Shown here: piece by piece, positions 24,661 to 38,016 of the stretch
How positions within the stretch are numbered: position 1 is the first letter of the stretch
How the letters are laid out: each line of letters opens with the position of its first letter
Assembly: GCA_002633005.1 (NCBI GenBank)
Contig: NMRA01000428.1
Location: 232,036-296,035, forward strand
Length of the DNA stretch: 64,000 bases
DNA from: Phoronis australis
Taxonomy: Eukaryota > Animalia > Phoronida
Direction: 5' to 3'
The notes under the pieces: model-generated
What the model saw: only the letters and a program-made list of their open reading frames with translations
Told to the model about the DNA's origin: nothing
Databases searched by the model: none
Translations under genes and position numbers: made by a program

Positions 24661-27600
24661 ATCGACAATATGCTTGTTTCAGTCATCTATTTCAATTTGA
24701 AATCAAGCTAATAACATCGACATTGCAACTACATTGATAGAGATAGTAAGTCTATCGATAGAGATAATACAGTAAGTCTATCGATCGAGTTAATAAGTCT
24801 ATCGATAGAGTTAATAAGTCTGTCGATAGAGTTACTAAGTCTATCGATAGACATAGTAAGTCTATCGATAGAGTTACTAAGTGTATCGATATAGTTAGTA
24901 AGTCTATTGCTAGAGATGATAAGTCAATCGATAGACTTAGCAACGGATAAAAAAGTTGCCGTGCCGTCCTTTTACAGCCACTGAATAGGAGCAAAACATT
25001 GTACGCATGAGAATGAGGACTTACATGTAAATGAGTTTTCACCACAGTAAGTGCATACATGTACATGGTTTAATGTATTCCTAAAGCCGCCAACATACCC
25101 ATTTAGTTCAAGTTCGTAAACCATAGCGTGACTGGCCAAACTGTGCATTTTGAAGAGTTCAAACATCCCTGCACTACATAATTACTTTACGGGGTGCTTT
25201 AATAAAAAGACAATGTTCGCTAAAACGATTACGATGCATAGAAATGTACTTGCAGCATGAAAGGGGACCTTTAAGATCAAAATTTAAAAATGCAATCAAA
25301 CGGTAACGTAGCAATGAACAATTACAGTTTTTAGCCATATTGTTAACAAGTCAATTTTCTCACATCACCAGGAATGTGTTACAACACGACTGGTTAATAA
25401 AATGAGTATGCAATTTTTTATATTACAAGGATAAATCACAAATTATTGCAGAGTAGAAATACATACGCCTTATATTTTAACGTCTGTAAAACGCTAAACC
25501 AAACGCACGCCAACCAAACAATGCCGGAATTCCGTGTTATGGTTGACAAATCCCAGTCAGAAGGACGTGCAAACAATTTCTTCGACAGCGAATTCCATAT
25601 AAGTATATTCAAACTCAACAAACGCAGTAAAACCAAGGAGTGTACAAGTACTAAACTCCTTGGTGAGACTGTCAAGCTTTACTGTTTCCGAGGTCAATTC
25701 AGTTCTCACGCGCAGGGAAACCCTACTGACTGTAATTTACAAACATTTGTTAAGTTTTTAAATTACAACTTGAAAGACTATTTATCAGATTCTAACTTGA
25801 ACACATGTTACGAAAGCTAAAGCAATTTACAATTGTTCAGTTTAAAATAAAACTACTAACAAAATGTAATTCAGTTTACTTTATATTGAGCAAACGTGTT
25901 TTTACAAAAGTTGCGTCATCTGGGTTGAAAGTTTTTGACACGTCGAATCGTTTTCGCGGTTCACGTGAGAAAACAAGGGATTTTGACGAAATTTCCAAGA
26001 GTTTGTGCCCAATGTCGTAAACCTGAGACGTGAATAGGATTCTCTATTATCTCTAACGTCATTGATCTTTACAAGCCGACAACACTCCCACAATGAATTT
26101 GAAAATAACGAAACCAGCGTCGCTAATTGAGTACAGTAGGTTTTGCAATAGAAAAAATATCGAGTTCGAAATAATTTCATAGTTTCCTGCAGACTAAATA
26201 TACGGAATCATGCACAGTGACCTTCAAATCACTGATCGCGGAAATGAAATACCCCGGCAAACATTCACCCACCGGCACAAATCCCGTTTCGGGGGTCACG
26301 AAAATGCTTTTCACCCTCTAACGGAAATAAAGATCAGTACGACTAAAGGTGAAGTAGAAACTGAAAAAAGGCAAATGTGCATGTATTGCGGGAAAAGATA
26401 TTCAGAAACAATATGTATAAAAGATTTTATGTGCTTGTTCATCTTCATTTGTTTTATCGTCGTACTCATTGTTTAACAGCGTACATGTTAACAAGGAACA
26501 TAACTATCTAAGTCTACATACAAATCCACTCTCACACATTTTACACGAATTATAATGCCACACCTTGATAGCTCTTCAGCTTTACTCAGATGAGAAAAAG
26601 TTAATGTGTTAAAGATTTTTTTTATGCTTGAGATCATGATCAACGCAAGAAATTATCCCTCCGTGTCAAGGTTTGTTGAACTTCGCGTAAAGCGCTTAAA
26701 AACTACCAGTTTCTTTGAAGACTATAGATCCCTCTTGCTCTAAGGAAAAAAATGAGTACATTTTCATGACGGTAAACGGAGTATGACATAAGTTAGACTT
26801 GGAAGAAAGGCGGGTTAATAGCACGTACAAGAGGTATGTGATGCACATGAACCCCCTAAACCTACCAAACTTCCTAGATTGTCACGCTTTTACAGAACGT
26901 TCGAACATCATCAGGCCTCAAAAAGACGCTGCATTAAATATTCATTGACTTTGAAAGCCAACACGTAGCATGTTTGACCTTATTGGCATCATTTTTCAGC
27001 CTCCCTTACCCATAGAATTTCGATTTACATAGCCGAGCTATTTTGATCGTACTTACGAAATGTCTTCGAGTTCCACGAAGGGGCTGCTAGTTCTTGTTCA
27101 CCCAACAAGTGGATGCGGCGGGTTTGCTTGCCTGATTACTGATCAAATATTTGATTAACATGAAGGCAGTGGACCTGCATTTTCCTTATAAATAGACATT
27201 TACGGCTGCCGATAGGGGTATTTTACTAAAACGCAACTACGTGCGAACGTAGGCTACTGAGAAAGCAAGATGTTAACAACTCAATCAGGTCTGCTTAGAA
27301 AAATTTGTCTTTACCAAACATGGGGAATTGCTGTTGATTCTAACTTTGGTTCATAGAAGAAAATAACGATCTAATTTTAAAAGTTATAAATTGTCAAAAT
27401 TCTACTTCAGTTTTGTTGTTTGCCACCAAAACGGGTTATCGGAGTAAAAAGAAACGTCCCCAATTAATTGAAGCTATGTTCTTTTATGTCACCTCAGTTT
27501 AAGTAGTAGATAAGAATCAGATTGCTCCTTTTATGCCAGGAAATTAGGTTTTCGTTACAAGACTGCATTGTTGTATAAGGGAACTCTGAGAGAGCTGGAA

Positions 27601-27664
27601 TCGACAGAAGCCAGAGTAAAGTACCACTTGCCAAGCGAAAAGTTTCGACCAACATAAATAAATA

Positions 27665-28515
27665 CGTTTATACCACAATATTAGCCTCGAATGGCAGATA
27701 CAACCGTGTAACAACCCATAAAGTTAACTCACTAGTGAGATAACATTTTGGCGGGAAACCGAGAGCGGATTCGAACCCGGGCCTCAAGAGCATCAAGTCG
27801 CCGACTTTACCACTACACCACTCTGCGGCTGACGTCATCGAACTTGAAAATAGAATACTTAAATGAGCACGCGCAACAATCGCATGTTGAGGAAAGGGCA
27901 TTGCATCGACATTTATACACTATGTTTTAAGACACATATTTTCCGTAAAAACGATATTTTAATTCAGTGAAATTTTTCTCTCGTGTTCTCTCACTTGTAA
28001 ATCACCAATATCTACTTTGAATGCGGGTATCGTGTCTTCGGGATCCTTTGACTTGAGCATTATAGTCAGTTACTAGTGATAACGTACTGTAGCAGACGGA
28101 TATTTTCCCGATTGAAGCTTAGCGTGTTAAAATGTGTAGTAAGCTATACTAGTTGCTAAACCTTAATTTATAGATTCACTTTATTTCCATTTTGTTTGAA
28201 TTTTCAATTGGTTTTGAGTATAAGCATTATTTGACAAAAATAGCTCGGCTTTTCTTAAAAGGTCACGACCTCCGATCCCGGGCCTCTGACATTGAAAGTA
28301 GTTACAGAACCGAGGCGAGTCGAGAAAGGTAGATCGATTCCTTGCAATGTTTCTCGTTCATCATGTGGTATGAATAGATTATTACATGTTCTCAGTCGTT
28401 ATCCCCCTTATCTAGAGCCCTCGTGGATTTTGGAGAATTGTCACCCTCGGGTCTAACGCCAAAATCCACTCGGGCTCTAGATAACGGGTGATAGCGACTT
28501 CGCCATGTAATAATC

Positions 28516-28518
<3 letters not shown>
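27665..28518 (-). mobile_element. Best-preserved copy of the palindrome + tRNA-like element, abutting a (TA)n(TG)n microsatellite
   Basis: 145-bp imperfect palindrome 28374-28518; A-box TGGTGTAGTGG and B-box GGTTCGAATCC at ~27765-27820 on the minus strand. Confidence 0.7.
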
Positions 28519-28604
<86 letters not shown>

Positions 28605-28625
28605 ATGTATGTATGTATGTATGCA
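28515..28625. repeat. Compound microsatellite (TA)n(TG)n(TATG)n; homologous tract at 4755-4890 contains the N gap
   Basis: Direct reading. Confidence 0.95.
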
Positions 28626-31549
28626 TGTACAGTATCATTTCCCATTTTAGTGTGCATTTCATTGCATCATTTTAATTTTAGTTCTTCATTTCTCTATTAT
28701 AGGGCTCTTAGTACGACCTATTATTTAAGCCATGTTGCATAATAAGGTGAACATTGCAACGGTCTCGTACTGTATATAACACCATCGCTATTCGTGGCCC
28801 ATTACCACACAGACAGCTGATTAAAGGGCTCGGTTAATTACGTTGTACCTCATGCCAACTTCAAAAGATCTCAACAGATGGGGTTTCATCAACCCGGGAA
28901 GGCATTAGCTAGCACGTGCACCTAAAAGTCTTCTCTTATGGACCGGAAACAGTGATATCCATAATAAATTTATGAATTCAACTCTACAAGTAAACATTCC
29001 AACCTTACGAACTAATTACTTGAGTGGCCGCCATTTTGCTGAGAGAGGTAACCTAGCTCTCGACCATTCTCGCGTGATTTTGAAAGGGGTTGATTTTTTT
29101 GCTTTTCTCATCAGAAGTTTAGGGTGCGGTGACACAACCAACATTATCTAGGAAACTGTTAACATTTTTATTTGGAAAACAGTAGTGTTGGTGGCGATGT
29201 ATTTTATTAGCAAGCTCATCGATACAATAGTCTTCACCTTCCGTACTACGGTAAACCATCTTGCCGCTTTTTGAAGCTTTGTCCCGGCGCAGTATTAGAA
29301 TGCCTCGCCTTTAATACACAAATTTTCGTATATTTTCGTACGTCTCTACCCGAGCTATTCGTATGACCCTTCCATTTCACGGAGATGGATAATTATTACG
29401 CAAACATAAATAATTACCTCGTATGGAAACAGCTACACACACATGCCTGTGAAAATATCATACAATCCGTGCTGGTTTAGATTCGGCTGCGCTTCCTTCA
29501 CTCTGCTGGACCTGCATAGTCTTGCATAATCTCGATGCCCTCGCGTGTCTACGAAACACCTGCGTTTTTAACCAATGGGGGGTGGAGGGAAACCACCGAG
29601 GGACGGCGCAAACATTAATGAGAGGTATGTAAAGCCATAGCCCACCCCAGTAGTTACTAATTTCTCCCCATGTGGCCATCATTTTCTCCCTCCTCCGCCC
29701 GTCACCTTTCCCCCCCGTTCGCCATTGTTCTCTTCGTCCTCTCAAATTTCACCCTCGGGCGCTGCAACTTTCATCACCAAGGATTTGCCTGGGGGACACG
29801 ATTTGTGGGGTCCCATAACACGGGTTCTCCTACGAGCTTCCTTTGTCCCTGAACCTGACACATGTTGATTATTGTTTCCTACCCGTCTGAAGTTCAAACC
29901 CTGCCTTCTGAAACGGGCCTGCACGGAAGGAGAACATTATATGGTATAGATGTCCAAATATATTGATGTACTACGCTCCATTCAAACATGTTTACGCTAC
30001 GTACAGTCTTGTGCCTGGTTTAAAAATTCCAGTAAACCCGTGCTAGGATATTTTCGTTTCCGTTCTCACGAAAAGCAGACGAGAAAACCACAGACGCTGG
30101 AATCTCACGTTCAAGGTCACGTCCTATAGAGTCTCTTGCTCGGTGTAAAAGGGGTGAAGTTTCGAGTGTTTTCTTTTTCGAGCGCTCGTGGGTCAAACAG
30201 GTTCGGAAGACGGCGACAATAGTCGACAGGCGTTGAGGTGTTTCCGCTTTTTGTTATTGTTCGGCTGAGGTTGTATTCAAGCGTGAGAACGGTATTGTCG
30301 GAAACTGATGCCTCGTTAGGCGAGATGATCGTGTGTCATTTAAATAGATCCAACAAAGAACATTCAAATTGGGAAATGAAACGCCGGGAAATCTGGTCTC
30401 AGAAAAAAACATGAAACAAAAATTTGATGAAGCTAAGGAAATTCGCGGTTGAACTGGCTATTATTATTATTATTCAAAAAAAACTTTGCCCATAATTATT
30501 TTCAGTTGACATTTTCAATTTATACTAAATTTGCTCAACTCGTGGGCGAGTGAGGAATTAGTAATGACTCTCCGGAAAATCTGGTCCCGAAAATTCTTCA
30601 AAAACCGTCGAGTAAGAGGTGTCACGGCAACAAAATCCACATAACAAGAAACGATGACTTTGGGGTCCAATAAAACAAGGCCATGCCAGGCCTTTCCGTA
30701 TGCAAATACCCGGATGTTTTAATTATGAAAAGATAACTCTGGTCAGATATCAGCAACACGACGGGTGGCGTGCAAGTTGTAGCTCATAACAAGTAAATTC
30801 AGGTGCCAGTGCATCCCTTCGAGAAACCTGTGTGTCGAAATTCATTACTATCTCTTGGGAACCAATATTGATTGGTAGACACCAGCCACGCCGTTGAAAT
30901 AGAAATCCCCTCTGATATGATGTCAATTTCTCATATAGAAGCTTACACAAGAGTGAATGTCGCCCTGCTTAGATGGCTTAAGAATAAAACACAGCCTTTT
31001 ACTCTCATAAAAACGATCCCATAATATTCACTACCGTCACAGACCAATAAGAACATAGAAACAACCATCGCCTAAAAACTGCTTTGCAGTTTATTGGGTT
31101 GGCCAGTCCTGAAGTTACGAATTGGAAAATGGCGTACATGTACATGTATGTACGCAATGCTTGTGACGTGCATTGTCGCCTCATTAGGCAACATTCAAGA
31201 TGAGATCGGATAAGCATGGTAATGTTTTTAAATTCTAAAGAGCTTTGTTTAAGAATTTGGCTGTGCGAACTTAACAGTGGCGAAGTTAAATTTTTGGGAT
31301 GACAAGTGCAAGAGTTACGAAAAATAGAACATTATGAATCTCTATTCTACTCTCATCCGCTCTGCCTGTATAAATACCGACCTTTTGATAACATGCTTAG
31401 ATTGATTTAAATTGTATGAAACTAAATAATTTACATTTCCAGTACCTACTTAGAATATATTGAATAAAAATCAGATTGTGATGATAGTGACTTTGATCAG
31501 CTCTGACAGTCTGGCAGAAAAAAATGCAAAATTCAAAGTTTTCCATTGC

Positions 31550-31660
31550 CAATTATACATAGATACACTGTACTTTATTGTCGATCAAATATATACAGAT
31601 ACGCTGTACTTTGTTGTCGATCAATTATATACAGATACACTGTACTTTGTTGTCGATCTG
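31550..31660. repeat. 36-bp tandem repeat, ~3 copies
   Basis: GATAC(A/G)CTGTACTTT at 31562, 31598, 31634. Confidence 0.9.
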
Positions 31661-32909
31661 ACCGATGTCCAACTGCTGCTTGAACAACTTTCTGATTCGT
31701 CTGCACTACTGCAAAATGGACCTTACACAGACAGCCAATTCTGTATGATCTAAATGAACGAAATCTGCAATCGTGCGCACAAGACGCGACCAACACTATT
31801 GGCCGTGAAGACACTATTCACGAGCAGTGCCTTGTGCGAGTCTCGATTTTACTTCCGGCAACAATGAGTCTGCCCACTAACCGGAAGGTGACGCTTCTGG
31901 GAATTCCATATGAAAATATCGGATTTGCGAAACAGCATCAGGGCGGCGTCTTTCCAAAACGTTTTGTACTTCTGGGTTTAACGGAGAAACTTGCTCAATT
32001 TACTCCACCCATATGTCTGTGACATCCCACGGGTAGCTATAACACACTTGTTACACGTCGCTTATCGTTGTCCAATTGGGTGTTGTGATCAGGCTTACGG
32101 TAACAGTTATGTCCGTTATGACACATTCACTTCCATCAAACGAAGACGTTTCAATAAAGTTTCATTCATTACCAACATCCATGTCGGTTTCCAAAATTGC
32201 TGTCCAATACTTGCAACAAACTGAATGGAAAACAGAGATACATAAAAAATATTGCCAGCGGACTCTAGGAGATAACGAATTAAGTTACATGTTTAAATAT
32301 CAGCTCATATACAGTGTAGAACCGATGGTGACCCAGCAATTCAGGCCAAGGTTGAGCTTGGCGTTCTGATTAACCCAAGCAAGAAATCAGTGAAAACAAT
32401 GACAAGGATTCGTGTACATTGTGTCAATGCTGATAAAGGGAAGTACTCAGGCTAAATCTAGTTAAACTAAGAATATCGAATTCGGCATATTCGTGTCCAT
32501 GTGCAAAACTTCTTCTTAGTAAAAATTTCTCTGAAAAAATATGCAGAATTATTTCCCCCAGTTTTCACAAGGGAACGCCATTCAAGTTTCGCCGGATTTA
32601 TTCCGGGCAAAATCATTCACGGCCTCCGTCGTTTGCTGATTCAACTAAAATTCCAATCGTTATCTGTATCAGTGGTACAGCACATACTGTGTGGTGATAA
32701 CTATCCGGAATTTATTAACCCTATGGGGAATGGCGTCCCCGAAATGTTTCTAATGTTCCAAAATATACATGTATGGTATTATTATAAATCAGATAAAGAG
32801 TTTTTAATATCTACACAATACTGGGCACTTATTCGGATAGAGTTATGACTTTATGATCCTTCTGTCTTTTTGTTATCATCACGTGATAACCTTAGTTATC
32901 TTGATCAAT

Positions 32910-33039
32910 TTTACCATAGCTCTGGTTAGCTTGACAAGTCCCCAGTGAGTCCATTCCCGCTTAGTGCACGTGTTTACCATAGCTCAGGTTAGCTTGACAA
33001 GTCCCCAGTGAGTCCATTCCCGCTTAGTGCACGTGTTTA
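32910..33039. repeat. Near-perfect 63-bp tandem duplication
   Basis: TTACCATAGCTC at 32911 and 32974; one mismatch between copies. Confidence 0.9.
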
Positions 33040-33784
33040 AGGGAATGGAACTCAAGTTTGTTCTCAGGTATCATTACAATTTGGTATCTTAGAATGACAC
33101 CAGTTCCCATGATATTTGGAAATTTGCGCTAAGGCGATGATGCAGATAACGCTGTTATGCAAGACAGTAGAGAGTTGGCTCTTCATCGCCTATGTTACTT
33201 AAAAACCTCCTTAGTCAGCGTGTCATTATAGAAATGGTTGCTTTAGGATGACTTATTTTCTAAATATGTTGAGAAAGCTAAAAAAAATAGAGTTAGAATG
33301 TGACAACAGAAAATATTGCTAGCAGCAGGGTGTATAGCATAGTATAATACGAAGATCATATTCAACGCTAATGACTTGCTATAAAACTAAAATCTTGCAA
33401 CATTCCGTCAGACATCGCTCGTAGTTTTTGCTGGATTTTGTCGCCACAAAACATTTTTTAAACTCGACTCGGGAATACTACGTGTGGCTTTTTATTGTGC
33501 TCTTTCGATGTTGTGATCAATTGATTATTGTTCAATTGCTATAGTAATGTACACACAGATTCTTTAATGTTCCTTCATGTTGTCATCAATTGTCCTTAAA
33601 TACAGTACTTAAAATAAATATTCATTCATTGTAGTGATTATTTAAAGAACAGTATAAGAATGATGGTTTATCCTTGCCCAGTAAATTTATTTCCAACTGC
33701 AAGAATGTAATCATGATAGTTATTGATCCTGACCGTCTTAATCGGTCTATATCCACATCAACTCGTATACCGTCGATCTTACAA

Positions 33785-34590
33785 TGTACCTCGCCGGTAG
33801 GGGTCGCGTTAACCTGTGAGGATGGTGAAAAGCGACGCAGCGACGACAGTGGTTTTTCTGCAGAGTGATTGCCGCCGTGGTGTGGTGTATTGTTCCCGGT
33901 TGTTCGGACTATGAAGCTGCGACAATCCATAATGCTGCGGAAGTGGCTCGCGGCAGTGAAGAATGAAAATTACGCTGTTAATACCAAGTATGAGGCCGTG
34001 AAACATCTCAGTGTCTGGCCGACGAAGTGTTTTGTGAGTCTTATCGGTATTGGGTCAAATATACTCACGTCGTTTAAACTTATATTCGTAGAAATCTGTA
34101 ATAATGCCAATGCTGTGGCCGCTAGGGTTCGCATCATTATAACGCTAAACTACATCCTCCCCTAATAAAACGTATATGGTAATTAAAGTCTCTCTAAACT
34201 AAATAAGTCCGTACGAGGCACTTAAGGAAGAGTTCGATAAACACAACACGATCACACGTAATCCTTGAGGTGTGCCGGGCGACGCCTAATACGTAAAGAT
34301 AATCTCACACTTGAAGTACTCATTTCTTCTGGACAAGAATCTGTCAGGTGATCCCTTCCATCTTCGTCGTCTCACGGTTCAGCCCGCAGGTGGCCCGTAT
34401 TTTCGTCAGCGCGCGATTCACCAGGTGGGTTTCCGGCATGAACACGGAATCACCTTCCTTGAAGTTGTCGGGCTGAACATACCTCTTTTGGTCAGCGTAA
34501 AAGTTTCATTCTCAGCTTCTGACACTCTAAACAGCCTTTGATATGCTGCTCAACCAATGTATCAGGGAACCAGACCTTTTCCCGTCGAAT
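33785..34590 (-). mobile_element. Gypsy relic: integrase fragments, PPT and putative 3' LTR (33785-34154)
   Basis: Minus strand RREKVWFP..LVEQHIKGCLECQ (integrase Zn-finger region) and YADQKR...FKEGDSV; PPT AGGGGAGGA directly before TGTAG. Confidence 0.6.
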
Positions 34591-36945
34591 TTTGGTGATT
34601 TATTTGTGTAAAGCGATGAATTCAATCGATAAGCTGACACAATTAAGCGTGTTGTGAACTGTTGAACAGACTGTGTTAGAACCTGTGACGTTTTTGGTTA
34701 ATTTTAACACCTCCATCTGCCGTCAGGTGTCAGATAAAAGAAATGTACTTGCTGTTGTCGAATGGAACTACTTGATCTAAATTGATACAAAATAGCTATA
34801 GCTTGTTTTTGGACGCCATTCTCCTTTAACATGTTGTGGCATAGAACCCAGGGTTTGTTTTCATGTATGTGCGTTTCGTTAGAATTTGTTGCCCCCACAA
34901 TATCGACAGCTAAAACTTTGTGTATTGAGAAAGCAGAGTTGGATGCTCCACATTCAGGTAAAATTTAAAATTCTGGGGAACTTTGGACAAATCATTTGAC
35001 CGAATTCGAGAACCTGTTCATAGTTAATTATTTATATAAGTTTGGCAACGACAATTTTTTTTAATAGCACGATCAATCGGACGCTTTTAGTTGTTGATGC
35101 GGTCATTGTTCGAATGTTTGGTTAACTGTAATGCTGATGTATATTACTGTCTTCCCGTATCCAGTGTTGTTACACTTGAACCGATTACACTACCCCGTGT
35201 AGAACTGACAGCGGATGTTCTGCCTGTCAACATAAGCTCTACGATTACGAAAGAGCTTAGATTTGACTAGATTGATGCCAGTGCCCATTTCTGTAATGAT
35301 AGTAATATCACCTAATGGACACACTCACAATGATGTCGACGTGCCTAATCGACTGATTGGAAAGTATTCCAATCCTAGTCAGTGGTATTCCGTCATTTTT
35401 AATTGTTAATTACATGTATTCGCAATATTAAATATCTGCGTGAACAAATTTTCTTATCTTCATTTCTTTCTAACTTTGTCTCTTCTGCCACATTCTTGTA
35501 GAAAACTAGTACTGTTTCTTTCTACCTGCAAGCTGTGATACATACGTGTATCTTGAATTTGAGAACTTTATATTGAAGTGTATTACTGGAATTTCCCCCT
35601 TGTTCAAGCTCAATACATAAATGTCAACAAGTGAAGATGTTTAATTGGATAAGCTATATAATTATGTATTTTATGCTTTTCGACTCCGTGATAGCTTGCT
35701 GCACTCTTAAGTCATGTTGTTCTTTTTTACAGTGGGTCCACAGAAATAAATAGATTGGTTGTTTATGTTAAAAAAGACAAATTTCTAGACCCGCAGTGGA
35801 AATATGTTTTTTACTTCTCCAAATTCAAAGGTTGAGCTATCACTCAAATCGAATTTCCCACCAGTCATAGAGCAGTTTCATGTACCCCCAGTCCTTTCAT
35901 TCACTGCCTCCCATAATACTGAGTCAACGAGGAACACATAGCAGAGAAAGATTTTGCGGAAAACGTAGTTTTGGTCCTGAGGGAATTGTGTGTCTGCGTG
36001 AACTCGACCCGGTTGAAAACTAATGCACAGTGTCCAAGTCGCCGCCTGTACATTGTGTTCACCAACACGACAAGTTATGAAAATAGAAAAATAGACCTCT
36101 TGTTCAGGGCGCACTTTAAAGAAGAAAGCAACCTTTTTTCGTGTCATTTTTTGTAAAAATATTGTTCGTTGATTATGCCAGACATATGCTTCAGTTAATT
36201 ACGATTCCCCGTATTGTTATTAATTAGTAGTAAACTACTCCAGAAGTGACCTTTAGGGGGTCCAGAGTTTCCCGCCATTTAGTTTCTAGTGCGTTAGAGT
36301 TACTGCGAGGATTTGTTGCACTGTTGTTGTTGTGTTTGTCTCATAAAATAGTTGTCACCACTTCCCATCGACGAGTATTCTACGACAAGCTAGGTTGACA
36401 GAGAACTCAATAACCTTAGATTTAAGAATCTTTTAATTTGTTGTGGCAGTGGGTGGATATGTGTTTGACCTTGAATATAGTGAGGCAAAAAACAGACAGC
36501 ATTTGAGAGGGATGAGGCAGAGACTATGGACATACGTGGTGGGACGTCTTGGTGCAAATGCAAGGTATGCACTGTTATGCCGACCTCATTGGAATGCCTA
36601 CGCTTTTCCCACTGGATGGTGACCTGAGCATCCAAACCGCTTACATCCAGCCGTGTTGCTCCTTGCCACACACCTGGCACCTTCTAAATACCTCCAATAC
36701 TTTAGTTAAAGGAGCATGCAACCCAAAAAACAACAACCTAATTTGTATCAATTTAGATCAGTCGTTCTACTCGGTAATGCCACGTTCGGTTGCGTTACCT
36801 GACACCTGACGGCAGACGGATGTGTTGAAATCATCCAATGACGTCATTGGTTTCAAACGCAGTCTGTTCACAACACGGTTTACTGGTGTCAGCTTATCGC
36901 TTGAATTCATCATTTAACCCCAATAAACCATCAAATTTCGATGTA
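34585..36945. mobile_element. Non-autonomous TIR element with ~150-bp inverted repeats
   Basis: 34585-34735 is a diverged reverse complement of 36795-36945 (GATGAATTCAA.CGATAAGCTGACAC...CTGCCGTCAGGTGTCAG). Confidence 0.7.
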
Positions 36946-37197
36946 AAGCCCTTAAAAATACTCCGAGCTCTTATAAAAACGTGATTTTTATTTCGCCGTT
37001 ACGGATTTATTGTTATTTGGACACACAGTAGCCTAAAAAGTTCGGCAGACCAATATTTACCAAGGTTCCGGTAGCAGGAGTTTGGGGTTTGTTCGAAGAT
37101 AAATTCGAATTATTTTTCCGTGAATCATACAGACAGGAAAACCTAGATCTGTGTTGTTTAGACTTGTATTTTTTATTTTTAAACACACAAAACGCTT

Positions 37198-37310
37198 GTT
37201 ATCCCAGTCAGTGGCTCGGAACCCGATCAGGCCCGTCGCGGCCGGACTGACTTGATCGTTATCCCGACCAGTGGCTCCTGATCCGATCATACCCGTTGCA
37301 GCCGGACTGA
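37198..37310. repeat. 60-bp diverged tandem duplication
   Basis: TTATCCC...CAGTGGCTC...CCGATCA...GCCGGACTGA twice, 60 bp apart. Confidence 0.8.
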
Positions 37311-37878
37311 AGACATCACGAACATAAACCAGCCAAAGTTGGAAACTAAACTTCCATTTCAGAAAATACTATACTAGTGAGCCAAACTAGTAATGTGCAA
37401 GTGATTATGTTGGTGAATTAGCCACGAAACTGCAAATCTACTTACTCGTCCGGGGGCTGAGAATTCAGGTTCCCCTATGACCACAGAACCGTCAGGGCAG
37501 AAGTTGTACATTTACAATCATTATTTGAATAATGCATATGTAAATAGATTCCCTTAACACCTGGCTGTGGGATAGAAAATAAATGAGTCATTGTTTCACA
37601 ACAGTTTCTGTCAGCCAAACACTGAATTAGCATGAGCTCACACGGCCTCGGTGTCCGGTCAAGTAGTTTTATTGCACCTAAAGCCGGTAACGCAGTGATT
37701 AATTTCTTGATGGCTTCTCAAATCATTTGCACTCATGAACACCCCAAAGGCATTACAAATTGCATCTAATGAGACAGAATTTGTTTCAGTTTTATATAAG
37801 TATTGGTTAGGGTGAGAATAATTCATTTTGAAACAGGACGTTCAGTAATAAACGTCAACATGACAACTTGCAATCAGA

Positions 37879-38016
37879 GGCTCATCCAACGAAGACTTCG
37901 CAGGTGGACCGTTGAGTTTCACAGGCTATCAGTTCGAACCGGAATACAGAGATGAAGAAATACTAGAGAGGCGCCGTGAACAAGCTCAGGCAACGGAACG
38001 TATGGATAGTTATTTG
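37879..38016 (+). pseudogene. Orphan exon resembling the N-terminus of Kolobok KolX / P2X7-C-terminal-like proteins
   Basis: Frame GSSNEDF...TGYQFEPEYRDEEILERRREQ...ERMDSY followed by GTAAG; Y.FEPE plus an acidic helix is typical of this family; no downstream Cys-rich exon found. Confidence 0.45.

Larger units (their letters stand above)
20091..24983. mobile_element. Foldback-type TIR element with subterminal 21-bp minisatellite arms and nested cargo
   Basis: Left end CGGTGGTAGTAAAAGGACAGCAAGGCAACTTTT vs reverse complement of right end CAGTGGCTGTAAAAGGACGGCACGGCAACTTTT; units like CTCTATCGATAGACTTACTAA at 20130-20255 and inverted at 24735-24945; absent from copy A (~2955). Confidence 0.8.

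Noticed and set aside
27750-27830. Functional tRNA gene
   Set aside because: A/B boxes are present, but D, anticodon and T stems do not pair properly and it is part of a dispersed repeat
29400-30000. DIRS/Ngaro-like relic (GRCNF.H...GSH)
   Set aside because: Too decayed; no RT or tyrosine-recombinase motifs or split repeats could be confirmed
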